Shown here: one piece after another, positions 1 through 8,629 of the stretch | Numbering within the stretch: position 1 is the stretch's first letter | How the letters are laid out: each line of letters begins with the position of its first letter | IMG/VR virus record: IMGVR_UViG_3300032250_000339 | Location: 1 to 37,652 of that record | Strand: one strand, 5' to 3' | Source: a virus | Lineage: Duplodnaviria; Caudoviricetes | Length of the DNA: 37,652 nucleotides | Made by a program: the position numbers and the translations under genes | The notes under the pieces: model-generated | Seen by the model: only the letters and a program-made list of their open reading frames with translations | What the model was told of the DNA's origin: nothing | Database searches by the model: none

Positions 1-123
1 AGGTGGCCCTTTACGAAATTATATGCCGCAACGTTCTCGGTTTCAACATGGACAGCGCTGAGCTTTACGGCATGCCCATCAGAGTAGGCAGGACCGGCAA
101 AACAACAGAAAGCGAACGCGGCG
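1..123. repeat. 123-bp terminal direct repeat, copy 1 (most likely assembly circularisation overlap)
   Basis: Bases 1-123 (aggtggccct...gaacgcggcg) are identical to 37530-37652 and fall inside the portal ORF. Confidence 0.95.
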
Positions 124-692
124 AATTTGAGGCGGCATTATCAAAAATGGGCAACGCAGGATACATCCTCCTCGATATGATGGACGAGCTCGAACTGATG
201 GAATCAAAGCAAACCGGGCAAGGCTTCAAAATATACGAGAGCCTCGAGACCAGGTGCGAGAAAAAAATAAGCAAGCTGATCCTAGGACACGCCGACGCCT
301 TAGATAGCACCCCAGGCAAACTAGGAGCAGGCGCAGGCGAGGACAACCCAGTATCGGAAGCGCTCAAAAACATACAAACCATAGACACGCGGTTCTTGGA
401 GCACAACGTGAACACCGAACTACTGCCCAGGCTGCGCGAAATGGGGATGGCAATCCCGGACGACTTGCACTTCGAAATCAAAAACGACCAGGAGCGCGAA
501 GAGATGCGCCGCCGCGAGGACGCAAGCAACAAAGCAACAGCCGAGATAGCGCAGACAATGAAGAGCGCAGGATTGCAGATGGATCCGGCATACTTTGAAG
601 AGCGCACCGGCATACCAACAACAGCAGCGCCGGCACCGGAACCAACGCTGACACCCGGAATACAAAACAAGCTAAAAGCCCTTTATAAATGA
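3..692 (+). CDS. Portal protein (Mu gp29/DUF935-like), C-terminal part; gene starts at 36890 across the junction (443 aa total)
   Basis: In frame with the 36890 ORF through the terminal overlap; ELYGMPIRVG and KISKLILG motifs typical of DUF935 portals; lies between gp36-like and MuF genes. Confidence 0.85.
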   Translation: MALYEIICRNVLGFNMDSAELYGMPIRVGRTGKTTESERGEFEAALSKMGNAGYILLDMMDELELMESKQTGQGFKIYESLETRCEKKISKLILGHADALDSTPGKLGAGAGEDNPVSEALKNIQTIDTRFLEHNVNTELLPRLREMGMAIPDDLHFEIKNDQEREEMRRREDASNKATAEIAQTMKSAGLQMDPAYFEERTGIPTTAAPAPEPTLTPGIQNKLKALYK

Positions 693-2119
693 AATTCGAG
701 ATGAGCGAAGCTGACATAGACCGCCTACTACGGGCGGTTTTTGATGGCGACATCGACTCCAGCAGCAAACTGCCGGAATGGTACTACGACCGCCTCAGCA
801 GCTACCTCGAACACGGGCTATTCAAAGGCTTTGGAGACAACATCGACGACTTAGAGATAGGAACCACACGCAGCGCCCTCCTGCAGGATTTACGCGAGAA
901 CGTTTATATGTTCAGCGGCGCCAAAACATACCAGCAGGTACGCGACTACGAAAGCACGCTACGCGACCTCAGCAGCAAAATGGCGGACGCAGCAACCTAC
1001 CGCGACTTTAAGAACAGCGTGATGGCCACCTACGACAATTATAACACCAATTGGCTCGCTTCTGAATACAACACCGCCGTAGGGCAAGCGCAACAGGCCT
1101 CGCAATGGGATGAGATACAAAACACAAAGGCAACGTTTCCATACCTGAAATACAGCGCCGTGATGGATCCGAACACCTCCGAGATTTGCGCCCCCTTGGA
1201 CGGGATGACGCTACCGGTCGACGACAAAATGTGGGATAAATACACGCCGCTCAACCACTTCAACTGCCGCTGCATTTTGGTGCAGATAGACAAATACGAC
1301 GACGTCAAATTAACGACCGACGCAGAGAAAAAAAAGCTAGCGCAGCAGGTAGGCGACCAAATGCAGGACGTATTCAAAATGAACCCAGGCAAGGACGGCT
1401 ACATTTTTAAACCGGACCACCCATACTTTGAAGTCGCACCAAAGGACCGGAAATTCGCTCGCGAGAATTTCGGACTGCCGCTGCCAAAAGACAAAGAATA
1501 CGAAAACGTTGAAATATCATATCAAAATGACCACGATCCATCAGTGTCTCCGCCTAACGCAAAAGAATTGATGCGAATAGCAGGAGTGCCACACGACATA
1601 AAAGGCAAGGCGGATATAGAATATTACAAAAGCAACGCGGAGGTACGGTTTAAAGGCGAAGGCGTAATAATGACGAGAGTAATCAGGTACGAAGAAAAAA
1701 CAATAGATAACGAATATTTCCGTATTGCTCAAGACAGCGCATACAAAGGCAAAGGTGCTCAGATTTTTAAATCACAAGTGGACCATGCCACAAGGGCTGG
1801 ATACAAAGAAATAAAAACAGCGGCAGCAGGATCCGCAAAAGAAAGTAAAACCTTCAACGGGTATTATACCTGGGCAAGACTTGGATACGTGCCAACAAAA
1901 GATAAGCAATACGGAAAAAGCATATCAGAGGCAATAGGAAACTTTAATGATGAGCACGGAACCAACGCTAAAATTTTTGAGGAGTTAATGGGTACCAAAA
2001 CAGGCCAAGAATTTTGGAAAAATAAAGGCTTCCCTTTTAATGGTAAATTTGACTTACAAAAAAACAGCTATTCACAAACAACACTACAAAACTACATCGA
2101 TGGCAAAGGAAAAAAGTAA
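689..2119 (+). CDS. Phage Mu F-like minor head protein with C-terminal GNAT-like extension
   Basis: MuF signature YLKYSAVMDPNTSEIC...PLNHFNCRC; directly follows the portal; ~200-aa extension with YKGKG and NGYYTWARLGY motifs. Confidence 0.85.
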   Translation: MKFEMSEADIDRLLRAVFDGDIDSSSKLPEWYYDRLSSYLEHGLFKGFGDNIDDLEIGTTRSALLQDLRENVYMFSGAKTYQQVRDYESTLRDLSSKMADAATYRDFKNSVMATYDNYNTNWLASEYNTAVGQAQQASQWDEIQNTKATFPYLKYSAVMDPNTSEICAPLDGMTLPVDDKMWDKYTPLNHFNCRCILVQIDKYDDVKLTTDAEKKKLAQQVGDQMQDVFKMNPGKDGYIFKPDHPYFEVAPKDRKFARENFGLPLPKDKEYENVEISYQNDHDPSVSPPNAKELMRIAGVPHDIKGKADIEYYKSNAEVRFKGEGVIMTRVIRYEEKTIDNEYFRIAQDSAYKGKGAQIFKSQVDHATRAGYKEIKTAAAGSAKESKTFNGYYTWARLGYVPTKDKQYGKSISEAIGNFNDEHGTNAKIFEELMGTKTGQEFWKNKGFPFNGKFDLQKNSYSQTTLQNYIDGKGKK

Positions 2120-2261
2120 AGCACAAAAAGAGCTCGACGAGTACAGAGAAACAAAAATCGCGTACCTTAGTACAGCGGACAAAGACATGGACTTCTCAAA
2201 AGTAAACGATCCCGACAAAAAACCAACGGAACCAACAACGCAAAAAAGCAAACAGGCATGA
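2100..2261 (+). CDS. Small charged protein (53 aa), candidate immunity partner of the MuF extension
   Basis: ATG at 2100 overlaps the MuF 3' end by 20 nt; stop overlaps the next start (ATGA); function inferred from position only. Confidence 0.5.
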   Translation: MAKEKSKAQKELDEYRETKIAYLSTADKDMDFSKVNDPDKKPTEPTTQKSKQA

Positions 2262-2620
2262 AAATACAGGACTTCATAATCACGGCAAACGAAGTATGGG
2301 CCAACGTACGCCAAATGCACCACTTGACCTACAGCAACCCGGAGCATTTAGAGCTTGGCGATTTTTACGACAAATGGGCCGAGCTGACCGACACCTTCAC
2401 AGAAACCTACTACGGCAAATACGGACGCGCCCAGGCAGCAGGATTAATACAGCTGCAAGGACCACCAACGGACCTGCAGGCATACATGAAAGGGCTAAGA
2501 GACACCGTATGGGAAGCGCACAACACACTGACAGCACCCGAGGACATCGACCTGCGCAACATCCTAGCAGATATGACACAATTAATAAACCACACAGCAT
2601 ACCGATTAACACAAAAATAA
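2258..2620 (+). CDS. Ferritin/Dps-like four-helix protein (DUF5856-like)
   Basis: H21/H22...H30-x14-D45-x3-E49 resembles Dps ferroxidase ligand spacing; DFYD...ETYYGKYGR motif. Confidence 0.65.
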   Translation: MKIQDFIITANEVWANVRQMHHLTYSNPEHLELGDFYDKWAELTDTFTETYYGKYGRAQAAGLIQLQGPPTDLQAYMKGLRDTVWEAHNTLTAPEDIDLRNILADMTQLINHTAYRLTQK

Positions 2621-2895
2621 TGCACAACTTCAGCACATACGCAACGACACACAACACAGCGATAGACCAATGCGCAAACATTATCGCGCTGTGCAGAAAA
2701 CGCAACGAGCCGCTCAAAGCGCTGCACCTACGCCCCATTTATTACGAATGGTTCAAAAGCGGAGTGCAGACTTTAATGGACCGCCCCCTAGAGGACGGCG
2801 AGCTCATGCAATTTGATGGCGTCGACATAGAGAAAGCGACCAACCTGCAAAGCAAAAATATCGTCCTTGAATACTACCCAATAAACATAAAATAA
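2620..2895 (+). CDS. Hypothetical protein (91 aa, MHNFSTY...)
   Basis: TAATG coupling at both ends; the start at 2296 in the ORF track overlaps the previous gene and is unlikely. Confidence 0.6.
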   Translation: MHNFSTYATTHNTAIDQCANIIALCRKRNEPLKALHLRPIYYEWFKSGVQTLMDRPLEDGELMQFDGVDIEKATNLQSKNIVLEYYPINIK

Positions 2896-3365
2896 TGAGC
2901 AAATTCAAATTTGATAAGCTACTGAACGCCATGGAGCACGACAAGATCGAGCTAATGCAGGTGCTCGCAAAGCGCTCACTAGCCTATTGGGATGAACGAT
3001 TTGTTAAACAGGACTGGGATGGAAAAAAATGGCAAACACCGCAAAGGCAGATACCAGGCACCAACGCCTATAAGTACCCGATGCACAACGCAAAGAGACG
3101 GCAAACGAGGGCAATCCTAACCGGAACCGGGCTATCACCCACCGGGCGCCTTAGACGGAACGTAGCCACCTCAGCAAAGACAATCAACGGGCAAATCGTG
3201 CGGTTTGTTGTGACAAGCCCCTACGCAGCAATACACAACAACGGCGGCGAATTAGCCAACGGAGGCAAGATGCCACAAAGACAATTCATGGGCTTCAATA
3301 AGGAACTGAACGATAAGCTAATAAAAGCAATTGAACAATTTATAAAAGCAAAATGGCCGGCATAA
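2895..3365 (+). CDS. Virion morphogenesis protein (Mu gpG/P2 gpS-like neck or tail completion)
   Basis: TGRLRR...PYAAIHNNGG...MPQRQFMG motifs. Confidence 0.8.
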   Translation: MSKFKFDKLLNAMEHDKIELMQVLAKRSLAYWDERFVKQDWDGKKWQTPQRQIPGTNAYKYPMHNAKRRQTRAILTGTGLSPTGRLRRNVATSAKTINGQIVRFVVTSPYAAIHNNGGELANGGKMPQRQFMGFNKELNDKLIKAIEQFIKAKWPA

Positions 3366-3862
3366 AAGACGCAATATTCTCCATCATGGAGAAACTGACC
3401 AACGACGTACCCGCGCTGAAATTCGTGCGGATTTGGAACAACCAGCTCTCGGATGAAACCGACGGCAAAATGTACGACTTCCCGAAACCCGCTGCCTTCA
3501 TCGAGATTGCAGCACCCAACCAGCACCATCCCCTAGGGGGCGGTTTTAGCCAGGCGGACCTTCAGGTGATAATCCACCTGGTGACAGAGGACTACGACAT
3601 GACCGACGGCACCTTCGAACAATTCACGCAGCCATACGAGATCAAGGCGCTGATAAACGCCGCGCTGACCAACTACCAACCAACGCAATGCAGCAGCATG
3701 ATGCGCAGTGGCGAATCGCAGGACTACGACCACACCAACCTATATCATTACCAAATAACCTACATTTGCGCATTGATAGATACGGAAGGCGTACCAGCGG
3801 AGACGCTAAGCGAACCCCCGAACAATTTTATTGTTGAAGCTCAAATCGATTTAAACCCATAA
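3353..3862 (+). CDS. Probable tail terminator/completion protein (Mu gp37-like)
   Basis: VRIWNNQL...FPKPAAFIEI pattern; size and position after the morphogenesis gene. Confidence 0.6.
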   Translation: MAGIKDAIFSIMEKLTNDVPALKFVRIWNNQLSDETDGKMYDFPKPAAFIEIAAPNQHHPLGGGFSQADLQVIIHLVTEDYDMTDGTFEQFTQPYEIKALINAALTNYQPTQCSSMMRSGESQDYDHTNLYHYQITYICALIDTEGVPAETLSEPPNNFIVEAQIDLNP

Positions 3863-3863
3863 C

Positions 3864-4706
3864 ATGGCACGGACAATAGACGACATACAACAGCAGATTA
3901 TAACTAACGTACAAGCAACGCCGGAGCTCGCAGGAGCCACCTCGACAAGCAAGCGCGCCATATGGCGATTGTGGACCTACGTCGTCGCCGTTGCAATCAA
4001 TTTGTTTGAGCAGCTACAGGACGTATTCTTAGCACAAAGCGAAAGCGTCGTGGCATTATCGGCCCCGCAGACACCGCAATGGGTGCAGGACCGCGCGTTT
4101 AAATTCCAATACGACGCAGCAAACCCGCAAATCGTGCAATTAATCGACCTGGTGCCACAATACCCCGTCGTTAACGCCGATCTTCGAATTGTGAGCCGCT
4201 GTAGCGTTCGTAGCACCGGTTCAGGACGGGTGCAGGTAAAGGTAGCCAAAAACGATCCACCGGAAGCGCTCGACGGATTAGAGCTAGCCGCCCTGCAGAG
4301 CTACATGAGCATCATCGGAGTAGCCGGCATCGCCTACAATTGTACCAGCGCAGCAGCAGACAAGCTATACGTAGCCGCGAGCATTTACTACCAAGGCGGA
4401 TACTCCTCCATAATCAGCGGCACCGTTATTGCAGCGATTGAGGCTTACTTCGCAGGCATCCCATTCGATGGCAACATGAGGCTGCTCGATTTGGAGATTG
4501 CCATAAAGAGCGTACCCGGAGTGAACGACGTGGTATTTGAAAACGTAAGCGCACGCTATGACGCGACGCCATACGGCACCGGCACATACCTGGTACAAAA
4601 CAACACCGTGATAGCACGCCAATGGGCAACCGTTGCGGGATACATAGTAGGGGAGACAACAAGCGGCGCAACGCTCGCCGATACATTAACCTTTATACCT
4701 GAATAA
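3864..4706 (+). CDS. Baseplate wedge protein (gpJ-like)
   Basis: MARTIDDIQQQI...SKRAIWRL N-terminus and IKSVPGVNDV C-terminal motif typical of baseplate J-like proteins. Confidence 0.7.
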   Translation: MARTIDDIQQQIITNVQATPELAGATSTSKRAIWRLWTYVVAVAINLFEQLQDVFLAQSESVVALSAPQTPQWVQDRAFKFQYDAANPQIVQLIDLVPQYPVVNADLRIVSRCSVRSTGSGRVQVKVAKNDPPEALDGLELAALQSYMSIIGVAGIAYNCTSAAADKLYVAASIYYQGGYSSIISGTVIAAIEAYFAGIPFDGNMRLLDLEIAIKSVPGVNDVVFENVSARYDATPYGTGTYLVQNNTVIARQWATVAGYIVGETTSGATLADTLTFIPE

Positions 4707-4708
4707 AA

Positions 4709-5383
4709 ATGGGCTTTTTTGATTACGACTACATAGCAAGGACGGTCGACCTGCTGCCACCCGACAAGCGCTACACGCGCATGGTGAAATGGTTATACAA
4801 CCTTGTCACCCCGCTGGAGACGGATCACGCGCGAATTTTCGACGATTACAAAACAGGCAACGACACCTACCCCGTTTATTTTTTCAGCGCCCTATACGGC
4901 AAAGGAGCAATTGTGCGATACGGCGAAGGCTTGTACATTTCACTTATCAATTCTAACTATTTCCCACCAACGGAACCAACGGCATGGTCGGTATACAGCC
5001 CGAGCTTTATCGGAGTAGACGAGCGCCTGAAATACACGCATGAAAAAATAATTCTTGAATACGCGCTGAACCGCAGGTACGAAACCACCTTCAGGCAGCC
5101 GCCCGATTTACCGGACATTTTCATAGAAACCAACACACCGCCATACGGCCCATTTATTGTGGGCGGCACGGAGGTAATAAGCAGCATAAGCTACAGGCTC
5201 GAATCAACGGACTACATCATAGACGGCTACAGCTTCGCGGCATTTTACAGCTACACGATATACATGCCGGTGGCGGTTTTTGAGGCGCAAGGAACCAACG
5301 ACGTACTGAGAGAAAAAACAATTCGAGAATTCGTAGACAAATACAACACAATCGGACTCACCTACAACATACAAACATACTAA
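4709..5383 (+). CDS. Baseplate wedge protein (gpI-like) with short CBM-like insert
   Basis: Follows the J-like gene; LLPPDKR...LEYALNRRY...VDKYNTIGLTYNI pattern. Confidence 0.55.
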   Translation: MGFFDYDYIARTVDLLPPDKRYTRMVKWLYNLVTPLETDHARIFDDYKTGNDTYPVYFFSALYGKGAIVRYGEGLYISLINSNYFPPTEPTAWSVYSPSFIGVDERLKYTHEKIILEYALNRRYETTFRQPPDLPDIFIETNTPPYGPFIVGGTEVISSISYRLESTDYIIDGYSFAAFYSYTIYMPVAVFEAQGTNDVLREKTIREFVDKYNTIGLTYNIQTY

Positions 5384-5384
5384 G

Positions 5385-6185
5385 ATGAAAAAAATAACAA
5401 CCGACAACATCACGACTTCGGTCGGCATGCCAATCAAAAGCGGAACGCTTCAACACCTTCAATCAGCATACCAGGAAGCCCTAGACGCGCTGGCGAGAAA
5501 CGTACTCGGCGAGGTGGATCCGACAAAAATATACGTTTTATGGGGCTGCGTTAACACCGGCACCTACCCGAATTTTATTATCAGCGAGGGCGCGGTTTAC
5601 TACAACGGCGAAATCTACCTGGTACCAGCGGCAAACATCACGGTGCCATACGGAGACGCGCAGGCGGTGCTCGACGTTTCGTACTTTTCTGCAGGCAACG
5701 CGGATCCGGTGCAATTCACCGACGGAATAAGCTACAACGTACACGAAATAAGACAAATCGTTTTCACGGTGCCACCGACAACAGGCATTGCTGAATTCTT
5801 TAGCTTGGTCCGCAACCAATGGACCATCGTAGAAGCGCCGATAACAACGGTCGACGTAGGCAGCGCAACCATACCTATTATATTTTTGAAATACAAACGA
5901 GTGGGCGACGTCGCATACGTTAACCTGAATCTTTCAGGCAGCGTGACGCCTTCGCTTGGCCGTTTTTATTTGACTATAACCCTGCCTGATATCATCGCGG
6001 CGGTTTTCGCAAGCGAATTCGAGCAGCCAAACGCAGCCGCCGCATTTGAAGTGGCCAATAGGCTTTTCACAGCGTACGCCTATATACAATTTGGAGGCGA
6101 GAACCAGCTGAAAATAAAAGCAGAAAGCAACATATCCGGCCTATTCAACATAGGCGTACAATTGACATACCAAGTAGCGCCATAA
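5385..6185 (+). CDS. Baseplate-anchored short tail fibre/receptor-binding protein
   Basis: Follows J/I-like genes; ISEGAVYYNGEIY N-terminal anchor; beta-rich C-terminus with YKRVGDVAYVNL motif. Confidence 0.55.
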   Translation: MKKITTDNITTSVGMPIKSGTLQHLQSAYQEALDALARNVLGEVDPTKIYVLWGCVNTGTYPNFIISEGAVYYNGEIYLVPAANITVPYGDAQAVLDVSYFSAGNADPVQFTDGISYNVHEIRQIVFTVPPTTGIAEFFSLVRNQWTIVEAPITTVDVGSATIPIIFLKYKRVGDVAYVNLNLSGSVTPSLGRFYLTITLPDIIAAVFASEFEQPNAAAAFEVANRLFTAYAYIQFGGENQLKIKAESNISGLFNIGVQLTYQVAP

Positions 6186-6400
6186 TGGAAAAAAACACGA
6201 TACTAGACCGCAAGGTGCAAGCCTACCTAAAGCCCAAAACCTACGCGCTTTTTGAGGGCTACGTATCGCGTCACCAGGTGAGCGAATCGACCGCAATTAA
6301 CATGATTTGTAAGGAATACTTCAGCGCGCTCCCGGAAAAAAACAGAGCCGAGATTATGGCCGAAATAAAAAAAAGTAATTCACAAACACACAGCGAATAA
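6185..6400 (+). CDS. Small putative ribbon-helix-helix DNA-binding protein
   Basis: RKVQAYL strand followed by two helices (SESTAINMICKEYF); TAATG coupled. Confidence 0.45.
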   Translation: MEKNTILDRKVQAYLKPKTYALFEGYVSRHQVSESTAINMICKEYFSALPEKNRAEIMAEIKKSNSQTHSE

Positions 6401-6422
6401 ATAGCCGTTGTAATATTGAACC

Positions 6423-7562
6423 ATGGTACACACGCCGGACACATATCTCTGCTACGTTGTAGATCCAAACGTCGACGAGCCCGTGATGCTGATAGACCGC
6501 CACATAGGGTGGGATGATAACGAGGGCCCAGGCATCGACGGCGGACAATTTGTACGCGAGCTGATGGCGCTAGATCAGATGGGAAAAAAGAGCATAAAGA
6601 TTTGGATTAACAGCCCAGGCGGAATCGTGATGGACGGCTACAGCATATACAACGCGATCCTGAAAACAAAGACCAAAGTAGACACCGTCTGCGTCGGGAT
6701 TGCCGCTTCGATTGCAGCGGTAATTTTCCAAGCCGGCAGAAAGCGCGTGATGAACGAATACGGACTGCTTATGTACCACAACCCATATGGCGGCAATTCC
6801 GAAGAGCTAAAGAAAATGCGCGTATCCATCGCGACCATGATAGCAGGCAGAACAGGCAAATCCGTTGATGACGTTTTGAAAATCATGGACAAAACAACCT
6901 GGATCACCGCAGACGAAGCCCTCGCTTCGGGATTTTGTGACGAAATAGACGCCTCTGCAGACTTCAACAAGGGCAGAACAAAGCCAACAGAAATGACCGA
7001 CGCAAAAGCCATGTGGCAAAGCGGACAAACAATACTCAATAGCATTTTTCAAAAACCAAAAAATAAACAACAGATGACAAAGATCGCAAATAAGCTCGGC
7101 TTAATAGCTGACGCTAACGAAGAGTCAATTCTTGCCGCCATCGCTTCTATCGAGAACAAAAAAAACGACATGGAAGATAAGATGAAAAAAGCAGAGGACA
7201 AATACAACGAAGCGCAGGAAGAGTGCGACAAGTTGAAAGCCGAAATGGAGGACTTAAAACAAAAGGCAAAAAAAGCAGAGGACGAAGCTAAAAAAGCAGA
7301 GGACGAAGCAAAGAAATCAGAAGCCAAAAACATGGTGGAAGGTTTCGCAAAGAGCGGAAAAATCAAAAACGAATCAATCGACACATGGGTGGAATTGGCC
7401 GTTGCTGACCTTGCAAAAGCAAAGAATATGTTGGAGCAATTACCAACAAACAAAACAGCTGCAGTTATTGCGACTTCAGGCAACCCAGGAGACGAAGCTC
7501 ACCTGACAAACGTGATCGCAAAGAACATGGCTGAAATCAGAAACAGAATCGAAAAAAAATAA
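6423..7562 (+). CDS. ClpP-like prohead protease fused to coiled-coil scaffold
   Basis: INSPGG, GIAASIAA (Ser), MYHNP (His), EALASGFCDEI motifs; charged coiled-coil C-terminal half; precedes the capsid gene. Confidence 0.9.
   Translation: MVHTPDTYLCYVVDPNVDEPVMLIDRHIGWDDNEGPGIDGGQFVRELMALDQMGKKSIKIWINSPGGIVMDGYSIYNAILKTKTKVDTVCVGIAASIAAVIFQAGRKRVMNEYGLLMYHNPYGGNSEELKKMRVSIATMIAGRTGKSVDDVLKIMDKTTWITADEALASGFCDEIDASADFNKGRTKPTEMTDAKAMWQSGQTILNSIFQKPKNKQQMTKIANKLGLIADANEESILAAIASIENKKNDMEDKMKKAEDKYNEAQEECDKLKAEMEDLKQKAKKAEDEAKKAEDEAKKSEAKNMVEGFAKSGKIKNESIDTWVELAVADLAKAKNMLEQLPTNKTAAVIATSGNPGDEAHLTNVIAKNMAEIRNRIEKK
7074..7562 (+). CDS. Probable in-frame nested scaffolding protein (MTKIANKLGL...)
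   Basis: Internal ATG preceded by an A-rich leader (caaaaaccaaaaaataaacaacag) like other gene starts; analogous to Mu I/Z and lambda C/Nu3. Confidence 0.5.
   Translation: MTKIANKLGLIADANEESILAAIASIENKKNDMEDKMKKAEDKYNEAQEECDKLKAEMEDLKQKAKKAEDEAKKAEDEAKKSEAKNMVEGFAKSGKIKNESIDTWVELAVADLAKAKNMLEQLPTNKTAAVIATSGNPGDEAHLTNVIAKNMAEIRNRIEKK
7266..7307 (+). repeat. Two 21-bp tandem units (AKKAEDE) in the scaffold coiled coil
   Basis: GCAAAAAAAGCAGAGGACGAA then GCTAAAAAAGCAGAGGACGAA. Confidence 0.85.
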
Positions 7563-7588
7563 ATATAAACCCCTAAAAAAGAAAAATC

Positions 7589-8620
7589 ATGGCTGATGCT
7601 TTAAACATTATAGACACGTCGTGGAGCGGCCCGGCGGCGTCTTATATGATTACCCGCGCCGTTGTAGGCGCCGATACAATCGAGAAAGGCTGTATCTACG
7701 TAGAGGATGGAATCCGCAAAAAGAAAACCATCCCAAGGATCGAAGTATCCAATTTTATCCAACCATACACGGCGACACCAACCTCAACGGGAACGGTAGA
7801 CGTAGACGGCCGCGTTTTGGATCCGCAGAATTTGATGTTATACTACGAATTCAACCCGAGAGATTACGAGCAGCACTTCTACGCGGAAATGTTGCAGCCG
7901 AAATTACTAGGCCGTGAATTACCGGTAACAGCGGAGAATTTCATGATGATCCAAACCATGAAGCGTTTAAACGAATTCTTCGAGAACGCAATATGGCACA
8001 GCCGTATCGAATACGATCCAGCGGGAGACAACGTCGATCCAACAACAAAAGGAGACAGCGCATCAGCAGCGTCGTACTACTATTTTGATGGCTTGATAAA
8101 GAAAGCCTTGGACGCAGCAACGGATCCAACATATCCAACAATTGTGATTTCAAGCCCGGCGATTTTGGTACCAGGAACCGCAGGCGCAGGACAAGAAAAT
8201 ATCGGCGCAGCATTCCAAAGATGCTACCAGTCAGTACCTAGAGCGTTGCTTTACAAGTACGGCGAAATGGGCTTAAAGTTCCACGTGAGCTACAAGACAC
8301 AGCAAGTATACGAAGAGTGGCTAACCACTTCTGCGGTTTACAAAAACAACGACTACACAGAGCGCGGTATCAATCGTTACAAAGGGTACGAAATCAAACC
8401 ACTTGCAGGCATGCCTGACAACACAATCGTGGTGGCAATTTCAAAGCCGGACATCGACTCTAACTTATGGTTAGGTATCAACAGCACAGAGGACAACCAA
8501 CTGCAGTTGATGCGTTTACAAAACAACAGCTCGCTGTTTTTTGTAAAGGGCTTGTTCAAAATGGACACGCAAATCGGCTTCGCTGACCAATTGGTGTTGT
8601 ACACAACCCTGATCGCATAA
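7589..8620 (+). CDS. Major capsid protein
   Basis: 343 aa, directly after the protease/scaffold gene; strong A-rich leader; followed by a stable hairpin. Confidence 0.8.
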   Translation: MADALNIIDTSWSGPAASYMITRAVVGADTIEKGCIYVEDGIRKKKTIPRIEVSNFIQPYTATPTSTGTVDVDGRVLDPQNLMLYYEFNPRDYEQHFYAEMLQPKLLGRELPVTAENFMMIQTMKRLNEFFENAIWHSRIEYDPAGDNVDPTTKGDSASAASYYYFDGLIKKALDAATDPTYPTIVISSPAILVPGTAGAGQENIGAAFQRCYQSVPRALLYKYGEMGLKFHVSYKTQQVYEEWLTTSAVYKNNDYTERGINRYKGYEIKPLAGMPDNTIVVAISKPDIDSNLWLGINSTEDNQLQLMRLQNNSSLFFVKGLFKMDTQIGFADQLVLYTTLIA

Positions 8621-8629
8621 AAATAAAAA

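Noticed and set aside
1-123. Terminal repeat as a biological direct terminal repeat
   Set aside because: It lies mid-portal gene and has the exact-overlap form produced by assemblers on circular contigs
2296-2619. N-terminal extension of the 2296-2895 ORF
   Set aside because: Overlaps the ferritin-like gene; TAATG coupling supports a start at 2620
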